A stretch of DNA of 64,000 bases from a virus: IMG/VR virus record IMGVR_UViG_3300045988_071280. The stretch is one strand, 5' to 3'. Below, one piece after another: positions 1 through 10,400 of this stretch. Below the pieces are notes generated by a model. The model worked only from the letters and a program-made list of their open reading frames with translations. It did not search any database and had not been told where the DNA came from. A program made the position numbers and the translations under genes. How positions within the stretch are numbered: the first letter of the stretch is position 1; the number at the start of each line of letters is the position of its first letter.

Positions 1-3000
1 TCTCATAGTTAGATAACGCTATTTTTATTCCCTCTTCTAAATTAAATTCTCCTGTAGTATAGTAATTATCTACATTTCTAACTCTATCAGTTAATACTCT
101 TAAAGAATCTAAGTTATCTTTTTTATGGATATTAGTAATTCTTAAAGATGTAGCTAAAGTAGGTGTGTATATTAAATTAGTATCTACATCTATCCCTAAA
201 TACGCTCCATCACTTCCAGCATAACCAGATTGTAATAAATCACCGGAAGTAATTAATATCTTATCATTTTGTTGAGCCCATGAAGATAATAATTCTAATT
301 CAAATTTAGATAATTGTGTAACTTCATCAATAAATATCAATCTCTGATCTTGGAATATTCCAGATTTAAAATTAGAAGGAGTTAAATATTTAGGGTTTAT
401 TCTAACAACTAATTCCTTGTCTTGAGTTTCTAGTATATCTATAACTCTCTCATTCTCTGGAATGGTTTTAGATTGAGAATCATTAAACTGTTTCTTGGCC
501 TTTTCTATTATTTCTGGGGATACTAAAATAGAATTTAATAACATATCAGCAGTAATTGCTGTTAGTTTTTTATTCTTAATAGCATCATTTATAGTATTTA
601 ATCCTTCCGTTTCAGAATAAGATTCTCCAGTAATTGAATTTAATAAATTAACTGTTTGTTGTACCTTAGGTCCAGATATAACAGCACCTTGTTCTCCCAA
701 TAATTTATTAGCTAATTTAAATACTAAAGAATCAACACCAGTAGTCTTACCTACTCCTGGAGCTCCATTTATAAATACTGTATTTTGTAGTCTAGATATA
801 TAATTCTTATATTTATCTCTAAGTGCTGGATTTGTAATACTATTCTCAAACTCCTTAGTTAACTCGGTAGAGTTGTTCATGAAGTTTATATCTATAATAC
901 AAGCTAACGCAATCCTTGCAGCATATTCTTGAGAAAATATAGGAATTATAAGTTGTTTATCTGATCCCAAGGATTCATTCACTATATCTCTTAATGCATT
1001 ATTAAATGTAGATGCTTTTGTGGTTAATATAGTATGATAATAGATAAATAAATCGGAGGGAGACATCTCAGTTATTTCAGAATTTAAAGAAGCCGGATTA
1101 TTATAAGCTTCTTTCATTAATTTAGAATAATCATAATTCTGAAATAATTTAGATATTAAATGTTCTTTAGATACTGTATTATTTTTAGATAACTTAGTAG
1201 CATTATCATAAATTCTATCTTCTACTTCTAGAATAAGTTTCTCTAATGAAATATATTCTTCATCGGTTAAATCTGAATTATTTAAACTATCTAAATTATA
1301 ATTAGATAATATATCATCCACTCCTTCAAATAATTCAGGAGCTCTATTTTTAAATAATTTATCTTGATAATTCTTTATAAGAGCTTGTCTAGTTTTTATA
1401 GCTGTAAGCTTATGCTCTTTAAGTTTATTACCTTTATTTTGCTCAGATAATTTTTTATAAAATCCTAATTTATTCTTTATCCTCTCTAATTCTTGTATAA
1501 CTTCAAACGCGGAATTAGATTCTATTTCTGGAAGTTTTTCTGATACTCCTAATTTTTCTCTTATATAATTTAAAGTAGAATTAAATCCATATCCCCCATT
1601 TTCAATAGTAGAAGATTGCATCGAAGATACTACTGATTGTAGTGCATTAATCACATTTATCGCAGTATCAAGTTGTTCTAATTTAACTTTTCCTTGCAAG
1701 ACATAATCAGAAAGTGTATTAGTAGATTTTAATAAATCACTTTCATTTGATAATAATTCAAAGATATTAATATTTCCAGTAGATTCATCTATATTTAAAT
1801 ATATCTCAGATAATAAAGTATTTAAAGGATTCTCTACTAACTGAGAAGAATCTATCGAAGCTTCTGATAAAATATTTATTTCTGATAAAGATGATTTTGT
1901 TTTAGATTTATTTGAATCATTTATACTTTCTATAATGATCCTTTTCTCTACATCATTTAAATTAGAATTTTTTAATAAATTCGCTACTTCAAACCAATCT
2001 TTTACGTTTTTTAACTCCTCCGATATTAGTAGTATTTCCTCTAAATTATTAACTCCAATTTCTTCAAATCCCTCTTTTAAAGCAGCTTGAAAATCCGGAG
2101 ATTGGGATTTTATATTTTGTAAATCATAATTAACTAATTCCCCAAGACTCTCATCCACATAAGATAAAAGATTAGATACATAAGAAGAGTAATCTAATTC
2201 TACTTTATTATCAGATTTTAAATATGTTTTTATATAAGAATATAAATCTTTAGTCAATTCTATTCCCTCATTTCTAGCACTTTCAATTAAATTCATCATT
2301 GATCTAGTTCTAAGTTGGGGAATTAGATTAAACTGTAATAATCCAGATAAATTAATAAGAATCTTTCTAATATTAGATATCGCTTCCTCTGGAGAATTTA
2401 AATTAGGAAGATTTAAATTATCTTGTATATAAGATTTAACTACAGAATTAGAAACGTTCTCATTTAAAAATTCTTCTATAGATTCTCTTATTACGAAATT
2501 TTTATCTAAAGTAGGATTCGAGTTTAATTTATTGTTAATAGAATTAGATAAGGTATCTATTTTCTGATCTATATTAAATATTGTATCAAATATATTAGAT
2601 ATAAATTCTCCAGAATTCTTATATGTAGAGAAAATACTACCTACATCAATTCCAGATCCATCCTGATTTATTGAATTAAAGAAGTTTTTAATTATATTCT
2701 GAGTATTTATATCAGATAAATCCGTATTTCTGTATTCAAATATATAATCAATTCCTCTTTCTACCGGAACTCCTAATTCAAGTCCTAACTTTCTCGCTAA
2801 ATCAAAATTACGTTTTGCATCTTCGTCAAGATTAAGCAAAGCCTCTTCATCTATTCCTGATAGATATCCTTTTATTTTATTTAATAATGGTAACTTAGAT
2901 ACTATATTTATAATATTATCACCATATTTCTGTGATAATGACGTAAATATTTTATACGCTTTATCTAATTTCTCATTATTATCTTCTCTATAAGCTTTAT

Positions 3001-5566
3001 ATCTAGATTTAATTTCCTCTCTTTCAGATTCTGATAAAGATCCATACGGTTTGCCGAGAATATTTTCTGTATATGTATATATATCAGAAGAATAAATTTT
3101 ATTAGATATTTCGCTTATATTAAATAAAGCTCTTTTTAAATATTCTTCGGATTTTCCTCCTCGTAATAATATATCTTTCTCTGTTCTTTTTTGTTGAAGT
3201 TCTTCATTTATTATATTTAATCTATTCTCCAACTCTATTTTATTTGGAATTTCTTTATTAGGAGCATTTAATTGATTCTCTATATCTTTCTTTTCTAGAA
3301 GTAAGTTTCCTATTTCTTTTCCTAATTGATTATAATCTCTAATAATATCTAATCTCCCATCAAATTTAATAAGATCTTCTACTCTCCTATCCCTTAATGC
3401 GGATAAAGATATTAATTCCTCGTCACTAAGGCGTAGATTTTCTTCATTAATAATAGCATCCCATTGATTTATTAATTGTAACGATAAGTCTATTACAGCA
3501 TCATTTTGGGAAATATCTCCAGATTCTACAGGAGAGTAATTTATATTCTCTCCTTCTATTGTTCTATTAGTAGCAGAAAGATTTTTTGGAGCTACACCTT
3601 GTTGTCTTAATCTCTCTAATTCTGAGATTAATTTAGATTTACCTCCATTTCGTAATATGTAAAAGATATTATCAGTAGCTTGTTCCGGAACTCTTTTATT
3701 TATATCAGATAAATTATTAGCAGCTTTAAATATAGCCCCACCAATAGCACCTCCAAAACCAGCCATTAAGTATCTTTCTAATGGATTAGAGGATAAGAAA
3801 TCAAAAGAAGCATCTTTTTGTGTACCAGAAATTCCTGTGAATATATCTGTAATAGCTTTAGACATATCCATAATAGCTTCTTCTGACATTTCCTCAATTC
3901 CCTCAGCTACAGCATTACTAGCTATTCCAGAACCTGAGATAATATTATTTATAGGTTCCTTTACTTTTTTAAATGTATTTATAGCTTTCTTTAATACAGA
4001 ATTAAATGCAGCTTTATCTTTTGTATTATTTGCAGTATAATGTAATAATTCTCTATTTTCTTCGATAAACTTTTTTCCAGCATTTCTTATAGCAGCTCTT
4101 TCACTATCAAATCCCAATCCCTCTAAAGCTTTCTGTCCTATTTCTGTAGATTGTATCATCCAAGTAGTAGCACCCATAGCTAAGCCTGCAGTTAAGGCAG
4201 CTGTTCTTCTATCATATCCGGCATCTAAAGCATCATTATAAACATCCATTGTAGAAGTTCCGGACATATAGAAATTAGCCATAAATCTACCTAAGAAATT
4301 ATTTCTTATATTAGCTTTATTTATTGCATTTATAACAGCAGGATCGTTACGAGTAATTGTATTATATAATCCTCTATTTTGAATTATACTACCATCAGAA
4401 ATAGCTTGTATTATATCATCTCCATATTTAGCTTTTATAGCTTTTAGAGCAGCCCTTTCAGAATTTCCAATACCAAGCCAGTTTGGAATTTGAGCTAATA
4501 ATCTTTGTTGGAATAATTGACTGCCAACGTCTGAGATTAATCTCCCAAAATTCTCAAAGGTTAATATTTTTTCTTGGGATTTATCAGATACACTAGTATT
4601 AAATTGATTGGCTTTGGCTTCTATAGTATTTAATATTCCATAATTAGGATTAGGATTATTATTAATAAACCCATCCATCATTTTATATAGAGTAATACCT
4701 AGCTTAGTACCTTCTCGAAGTACTAAAGCTCCAGCATAAGCCTGACCTACATATGGGATAAATAAAGGAGCGATACTAGCTATAGTTTGTGCTATAGTAG
4801 ATCCGATACTAGATTCTTCTCCATCATTATCAAAAAAATCAAATTTATTCCACGTAGAATTTTCTCTAGTAATTACATCAAATGCACTTAATACTTGTTT
4901 ACCGTGAACCTCTCGATTACCAAGAGTTTCATAATAAGGCATTCCACTTTCATCTAATTTTATTTCTCCCTTTTTATGTTGTATTAATCTTCCTGTTTCT
5001 GGATCAGTTTCTTGTATATCTCTATCATATTGAGCTAAAACTATCGGAGTTTTAGTTACTGTTCCCCAAAATCCTAAATCCTCTGGAGTAATATCCATCC
5101 ACCTATTATTCTCAGTATCAAAAATTTTATTTTGTTGAGCCATTTCTCTAGTAGACATACTAGTCATTTCTGTCCCTAGTATAGTATTTAATCCGGTGCT
5201 TTGAATAAAAGGATTTTTAGTCTTTATTATATCTAAAGAAATATCTTGTACAGGAGAAAGTTGAGATTTAAAAGGAGACATTATATCATATTGCACTTTG
5301 GGAAGATCCTCTTCTGTAAACTGTCCTATAGATAATGTATTATATGAAGATAATGCTTTATTATAAAATGTATCAAATGCGTTATCATCAAATTTTCCAT
5401 CGGGTGCAGTAAATGCCTGAACAATCTTTTCGTTTTGTTTATATTCATCCTTTGACTTCAATTCTATATCATTAGGAGTAACTCCGTTCTGTAAGAAGTC
5501 TATATAAGTTTTATCTTGGTTTGAGTAATATAACCCAAACCAATCCTTTTTTTCTAAATTATCCAT
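1..5566 (-). CDS. giant virion/ejected-cargo-type protein, first 1855 codons only (3' end lies beyond the left edge); contains a RecD/SF1-like P-loop NTPase module
   Basis: The ATG at 5566-5564 lies 1 nt after the upstream stop. My manual minus-strand translation stays open down to position 1, which explains why the track lists no ORF here (there is no stop inside the window). Motifs seen: Walker A FINGAPGVGKTTGV (~735-775), Walker B LIFIDEVTQL (~320-345), a GDLLQSG motif, and Gly/Ala-rich hydrophobic segments. Confidence 0.75.
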   Translation of the reverse strand, partial: MDNLEKKDWFGLYYSNQDKTYIDFLQNGVTPNDIELKSKDEYKQNEKIVQAFTAPDGKFDDNAFDTFYNKALSSYNTLSIGQFTEEDLPKVQYDIMSPFKSQLSPVQDISLDIIKTKNPFIQSTGLNTILGTEMTSMSTREMAQQNKIFDTENNRWMDITPEDLGFWGTVTKTPIVLAQYDRDIQETDPETGRLIQHKKGEIKLDESGMPYYETLGNREVHGKQVLSAFDVITRENSTWNKFDFFDNDGEESSIGSTIAQTIASIAPLFIPYVGQAYAGALVLREGTKLGITLYKMMDGFINNNPNPNYGILNTIEAKANQFNTSVSDKSQEKILTFENFGRLISDVGSQLFQQRLLAQIPNWLGIGNSERAALKAIKAKYGDDIIQAISDGSIIQNRGLYNTITRNDPAVINAINKANIRNNFLGRFMANFYMSGTSTMDVYNDALDAGYDRRTAALTAGLAMGATTWMIQSTEIGQKALEGLGFDSERAAIRNAGKKFIEENRELLHYTANNTKDKAAFNSVLKKAINTFKKVKEPINNIISGSGIASNAVAEGIEEMSEEAIMDMSKAITDIFTGISGTQKDASFDFLSSNPLERYLMAGFGGAIGGAIFKAANNLSDINKRVPEQATDNIFYILRNGGKSKLISELERLRQQGVAPKNLSATNRTIEGENINYSPVESGDISQNDAVIDLSLQLINQWDAIINEENLRLSDEELISLSALRDRRVEDLIKFDGRLDIIRDYNQLGKEIGNLLLEKKDIENQLNAPNKEIPNKIELENRLNIINEELQQKRTEKDILLRGGKSEEYLKRALFNISEISNKIYSSDIYTYTENILGKPYGSLSESEREEIKSRYKAYREDNNEKLDKAYKIFTSLSQKYGDNIINIVSKLPLLNKIKGYLSGIDEEALLNLDEDAKRNFDLARKLGLELGVPVERGIDYIFEYRNTDLSDINTQNIIKNFFNSINQDGSGIDVGSIFSTYKNSGEFISNIFDTIFNIDQKIDTLSNSINNKLNSNPTLDKNFVIRESIEEFLNENVSNSVVKSYIQDNLNLPNLNSPEEAISNIRKILINLSGLLQFNLIPQLRTRSMMNLIESARNEGIELTKDLYSYIKTYLKSDNKVELDYSSYVSNLLSYVDESLGELVNYDLQNIKSQSPDFQAALKEGFEEIGVNNLEEILLISEELKNVKDWFEVANLLKNSNLNDVEKRIIIESINDSNKSKTKSSLSEINILSEASIDSSQLVENPLNTLLSEIYLNIDESTGNINIFELLSNESDLLKSTNTLSDYVLQGKVKLEQLDTAINVINALQSVVSSMQSSTIENGGYGFNSTLNYIREKLGVSEKLPEIESNSAFEVIQELERIKNKLGFYKKLSEQNKGNKLKEHKLTAIKTRQALIKNYQDKLFKNRAPELFEGVDDILSNYNLDSLNNSDLTDEEYISLEKLILEVEDRIYDNATKLSKNNTVSKEHLISKLFQNYDYSKLMKEAYNNPASLNSEITEMSPSDLFIYYHTILTTKASTFNNALRDIVNESLGSDKQLIIPIFSQEYAARIALACIIDINFMNNSTELTKEFENSITNPALRDKYKNYISRLQNTVFINGAPGVGKTTGVDSLVFKLANKLLGEQGAVISGPKVQQTVNLLNSITGESYSETEGLNTINDAIKNKKLTAITADMLLNSILVSPEIIEKAKKQFNDSQSKTIPENERVIDILETQDKELVVRINPKYLTPSNFKSGIFQDQRLIFIDEVTQLSKFELELLSSWAQQNDKILITSGDLLQSGYAGSDGAYLGIDVDTNLIYTPTLATSLRITNIHKKDNLDSLRVLTDRVRNVDNYYTTGEFNLEEGIKIALSNYE

Positions 5567-5567
5567 A

Positions 5568-7442
5568 TTATTTAAATGCAGCTGGATTTAATCCTCCAGT
5601 TTGTTGTGTAATTTGATTAGTATTTCTTATTACATTTTCATAATCTAAATTAGATTTAGCTGTTTGAGGAGCAGTTTTTCCAGTAAATAAGATTGACATT
5701 AACTCATCTTGTACAGGTAAGAATATAGAGGATTTATATATATCATCGTCGGATATGAGCCAATATTCTGGAGGTACGTAACCATTAGCTCTCAACATTT
5801 TATTTTCTAGATTAGATCTAACTCTAGCATACATATCTCTAGCCTTATCCTCTAAATCATTATTTAATCTCTTAGTAATACTATTTAATTGAGTTTCCTT
5901 TGCCACTTCTTCTGGAATTAGAGATGGGATAACCATAAATTGATGCATATAAGATAATTGACTTTGTGCTGGTTCTCCGCCTCTAAGTATTAAATGATCT
6001 ACATTATGTGCTCTGTATATATTTAATTTCTGATCTTCTGTAACTGTAGGACCTATAGCAGAAATTTCTCTATCTGCATCTTCTAAACGCTTTAATGCTT
6101 TTAAATCTACTACTTTAGAACCTGTTTTAGGATCTGTTATATATGGTAACCATGTCATCGCTACTCTATCTCCTTCATATAATATCTTACTTAAATCATT
6201 CGGGTTTAAAGTAACTCCAGTTCCAACAGAAGCTCCTGAAATATCTACTAAAGAACCTAATCCTCCGTTAGTAATTATATCAGATAAATAATTCTCATTT
6301 AATACTTCTCCTTTAGCTCCTATTAATGGTCTAATACTAGCTTTAGCATCAAAAGAATATTTATCTCCTACATTTACTACATATTTCTGATTTTTAGGAT
6401 CTGATACATAGCTCATTAGAGGGTTAATATCAGTTAATCCTCCTTTACCTCCAGAACCACTTCCTGATTTACCTTCTATATTCTCATCTTTTAATGATTG
6501 AGAATAAGAATGATCAGTTCCGAAGATTAGGATATTTTTAATACTTTCTATAGCATTTTCTCTAGGATCTCCAGTATTATTAATAGCAGCTCTTGCGATT
6601 AAAGTATTTTTAGATTGTTGGTCTAAATTATTCCATATGTAATTTAAAGCAAGATTAGCATTTTTTCTTTGTGTAGCAACTTCCTCAGTTAATTTAAAAG
6701 TTCCATCAGGAGCGGTATTTAACTTCTCACTTACAATAGCTTGTAATCCTTTTTCTAATTGATTAGCTCTAGCTTTATCAAAGTAATAATCAGAAGATTG
6801 TTTTTCTACTCCTATAGATTTAACAATCTCTTCTATTCGTTTACTTATATCGTTTATATTTAAACTTCCAGCAACCGTTTGAGATAGGCTATTATCAAAT
6901 ATATAAGCTTTACTATTATTCCTTAGAGTTAAGAGATCATTATTAGTTAATACTCTATACTCTTCTCTACTTTCTGAGTATTGATCTGGAGTAATCATAA
7001 CAAGTTCTCCATTAGAGTTTTGTGCGAATAAATTTCCAGAATAATCTATTGCTGCTTCTGAAAGTGTTCCTTTAGATAGTGCGTGTTCTTTTGCTTGATC
7101 AAATATCTGTTTATTATTCTGAATCTCGTTTAATCTAGATACTAATCCTGTATATTGTCTAACGCTAATAGGTTGTCCTAAAAGATCTGTATCAGCAAAG
7201 ATATTACCAACTTGTTCTGCGAAATAATTAACTTCATTAGTTAATCCTTTACCAACCATTTGACCTATAATATCTTTTAACTGTCTCTGAGAATTATCAA
7301 TCTTAGTATCACCAGATTTAGCAGAAGAATTAGCTACAGCTGATGTCCCTTCTTCTCTTCCAATAGGTTGAAAGAAAGGAGAATACCCAACCCACGGGGC
7401 CAGTTGTCCTCCTTCTTGAAATTTTTTAATATTTAACTTCAT
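5568..7442 (-). CDS. virion (ejected/cargo-like) protein, 624 aa
   Basis: Long ORF spaced 1 nt from both neighbours. N-terminus is MKLNIKKFQEGG. It sits in the block of large virion proteins. No domain recognised by eye. Confidence 0.6.
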   Translation of the reverse strand: MKLNIKKFQEGGQLAPWVGYSPFFQPIGREEGTSAVANSSAKSGDTKIDNSQRQLKDIIGQMVGKGLTNEVNYFAEQVGNIFADTDLLGQPISVRQYTGLVSRLNEIQNNKQIFDQAKEHALSKGTLSEAAIDYSGNLFAQNSNGELVMITPDQYSESREEYRVLTNNDLLTLRNNSKAYIFDNSLSQTVAGSLNINDISKRIEEIVKSIGVEKQSSDYYFDKARANQLEKGLQAIVSEKLNTAPDGTFKLTEEVATQRKNANLALNYIWNNLDQQSKNTLIARAAINNTGDPRENAIESIKNILIFGTDHSYSQSLKDENIEGKSGSGSGGKGGLTDINPLMSYVSDPKNQKYVVNVGDKYSFDAKASIRPLIGAKGEVLNENYLSDIITNGGLGSLVDISGASVGTGVTLNPNDLSKILYEGDRVAMTWLPYITDPKTGSKVVDLKALKRLEDADREISAIGPTVTEDQKLNIYRAHNVDHLILRGGEPAQSQLSYMHQFMVIPSLIPEEVAKETQLNSITKRLNNDLEDKARDMYARVRSNLENKMLRANGYVPPEYWLISDDDIYKSSIFLPVQDELMSILFTGKTAPQTAKSNLDYENVIRNTNQITQQTGGLNPAAFK

Positions 7443-7443
7443 A

Positions 7444-10400
7444 TTATTTCTTAATTATTCCTCCGAATCTAAATACTTTAGGATATTGTCCAGATAATCC
7501 TAATTTTTGTAAATCTATATTCCTCTTTAATCCTTTAAGTTGTAACTCTTTTTGAGCGTTAATAATATTTTTATATTCTGGATCTAAGAATAATTTAGTA
7601 GGATCTTTCTTATATTCTTCTTTTTGATATAACGCATCTAATCTTCTCTGTAAATCTGATGCAGTAATAGAATCCTCTGTAGATAATCTAGCATTTTTAT
7701 ATTGAGAATCTAAAAGTTGTTCATTTACTTTTCTAGCATTATTTGTATTTATATACTGCTTAGTTTGTTCTGTTACATCATGTAAGAATGTATCCCAGAT
7801 ATTAGCATTTTGTCCTATCTTCTGAGCTTTTAAATTCGCTAAAGTATTTAAATACTCCGTAGTAGCTAAACGATTTCTATTTGCAGCTTCCTCTCTTCTC
7901 ATTAAATTATTAGCATTAACTTGGAATGCTTTTTCTCTAGACTGTTGTATAGCTTGTTCATTTGCTAAATCTCCTTGCAATCTTGCTTCTGCTGCATTTT
8001 TAGCTACTTCTAAATTATATGCTAATTGTCTGTCGGCATCTGAGGTTAGAGGTGTTCTAGTTAATCCTTCTAAATTTGCTGCTTGTTTATAATAAGCTTG
8101 TCTAACTCCTTCATTTCCTTGAATAGAATAATTTAAATCTGTAGGGAGATTTATTAAAGAAGGTCTTAGATTCTTTCTTAGTGTTTTATATATCTTATTA
8201 TTAGCTGCTGTTTTTTGTATAGCAGAAGCTAAAGAAGATATAGTAGTTAGAGGAATACTTCCTAATGACGATTTAGTTGGAAGATAATTTTGAGATTCAA
8301 CATTAGAACCAGTTGAAGATTTAGTGATAGGAGTATTTAAAGAAGGTGTATTCATTGATTTTAAATTAAAATCAAAAGTATTATTATTTAAAACTTCGGA
8401 ATCAATTCTTCTTATTCTAGAAGGCGATTTTCTAGTTACAACAACTTCTTCTAATATGTTAGTAGGTGTAACTCCTCCATCTTGATATTTAATAACTCCT
8501 CCATTTTTAAATTCTTTAACTTTTTTATTTGCTTCAATCCATTCTTTAGAGCCTAATTCATATTTATCTCTTTCTTTAAGAAGTTTATTTCGAATAAAAA
8601 AGTAATCTAAAGTACCTCCATCCTTATGTTTTTTAGGTAATCTATCTCCTACATCTTTACTTTTCTTCTTACTTACTGTTTTCTTTTTAGAGGAATGTTT
8701 AGATGCAGCTTGATATTCTTGAGCATTTATACGTTTTCTTAATGCTGCGTCCTCTTCTGCTTTAATTAAGAGATTTAATATTCTTTCATCGTTTTGATTA
8801 CTAACACTTTCATTCGGAGTTGTAACTATTCTAGATAAATTCTTATTTTCTTCTTTATATCCTAACTCGTTACGTCTTTTTGTTTCCTGACCTTTTAAAT
8901 ATGCTAATTGTCTACGTTTTTTAGCTTCTTCTAGTTTTTGCTTATTTTTGGCTATTTCTGCCTTTCCTTCATCGCTGTAAATATAAATTTTATCTTGTGC
9001 CTTTTTTACATCAGATTTAGTCATTCTACTAGCTCTCCCAGAAGGTTCTGCTAAACGACGCGTTGTTCCGAAAGGTGTAAATTGCATTTGTTCTAGTATA
9101 GAACTATTTAATTCCGCATCTGTAGGTCCTTTTGTTGGATTTACAACATTATGTATTAATTGCTCTTTTTGCTCAAGTATTTCAGATCTAGGAGCTCTTA
9201 AATTAATTTTTCCAGGAACTTTTTCAGTTAATTTTCCATAATATACTACAGTAGGAGCACCTAAAGTTTGTCCGAGATAAATATTATTATCCTCTAATTG
9301 TTTCTGGATATTGCCACGTCTATAATAAGCCTGTTCTGCTACTAATCCTTTCTGGAAGGATGAAAGTTTATTATTCTTAATCTTATCTAAAGTTTCTGGC
9401 GTTAATTCTCTTCCAGCTACTTTAGTTTCTTTTACTTTTCCAACTCCACGTGTGAAAGGATTATACCATTTACCTTTAGGTATTTTTATATTACTTAAAT
9501 CCTCATCAGTTAAATCCGTATATTGAGATTTTAATTTAGTCTTGACAGTAGTTAATTTATCCTCTGTCGACATCTTATTAAATCCCTCTACCTCATTATT
9601 CTTAAATAAAACTTCTTTAGTTTTACCGTTAACATTAACTTCTATAGGTTTAGATAATTCTCCTGCACCAGCTTTTTGAGTATATAACTTCTTCCCAGCA
9701 ACATTTCTACCGATACCCGTTACAGCATTTAATCCATTAGCTAACAATCTCCAGTCATTTATAGTTAATTCTTCTCCTGACATTACTTTACCTAAAGCAG
9801 TAAGAGAAGTTCCTAATCCTAATGCAGTGAATGCTTTACGTAGTATTGGAGCTGCTGTTTTTATTGCTTTAGTTACTTTAGCTCCTTTAGCTATTGTTCC
9901 TAATCCGGGAATTAATGTTGCTGCATCCATTCCTAGATTTAGTATTAAATTTCCAGTATCACTCCATGACCAATCATCGTCACGTTTATAATCAGCAATA
10001 GCAGTAGAAATTGTAGATCCTAATCCCGTTGCAGCTCCCACAGCATTTCCTACTCCTAACGCAGCGGTAGAAGCTAAACCAGCTACATCTAATGCTAATG
10101 CAGTTAAATCTGCTTTATCTGCTGCACTTAATAATTCTCCAGAGAATACGTCTGACATAGAAGCAGATTGTTTATCTTGTAGATCTGAGGAAATTGAATT
10201 TCTTAATATTCCACCTTCTTGATACATTCCTACTCCACTTGGTATATATCCGGTACCTGCATAGTTACTCATTGGAGTATATTTTAATCCTAAAAATGGT
10301 TTAATCTTGTTATCATATAAGCCATATTTAGAATATAAATCAGCCAAAAATTTACTTCCCAAGGTTAAATCTCTCCCTTCAACTGGATTTACATTAAGCT

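Noticed and set aside
3837-4040. Plus-strand ORFs in the track: 3837-4040, 13035-13274, 27239-27424, 28759-28980, 29870-30133, 32114-32329, 32842-33039, 35490-35744, 36180-36371, 36508-36714, 40828-41013, 42393-42608, 43245-43433, 43373-43624, 45767-45973, 46204-46488, 47805-48008, 52182-52385, 52189-52371, 52534-52809, 54866-55066, 59065-59283, 60228-60413.
   Set aside because: All are 60-94 aa and lie antisense to long, well-supported minus-strand genes or inside introns. Their composition is low-complexity (I/L/F/S-rich), as expected for shadow frames in AT-rich DNA, and they have no upstream signals.
1-5567. The absence of any listed minus-strand ORF across 5.5 kb could suggest stop-codon reassignment (known in some crAss-like phages) or non-coding DNA.
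   Set aside because: Translating the minus strand from the ATG at 5566 in the standard code gave no in-frame TAA, TAG or TGA down to position 1. The ORF is simply unterminated within the window. All other long genes in the window also read through in the standard code.
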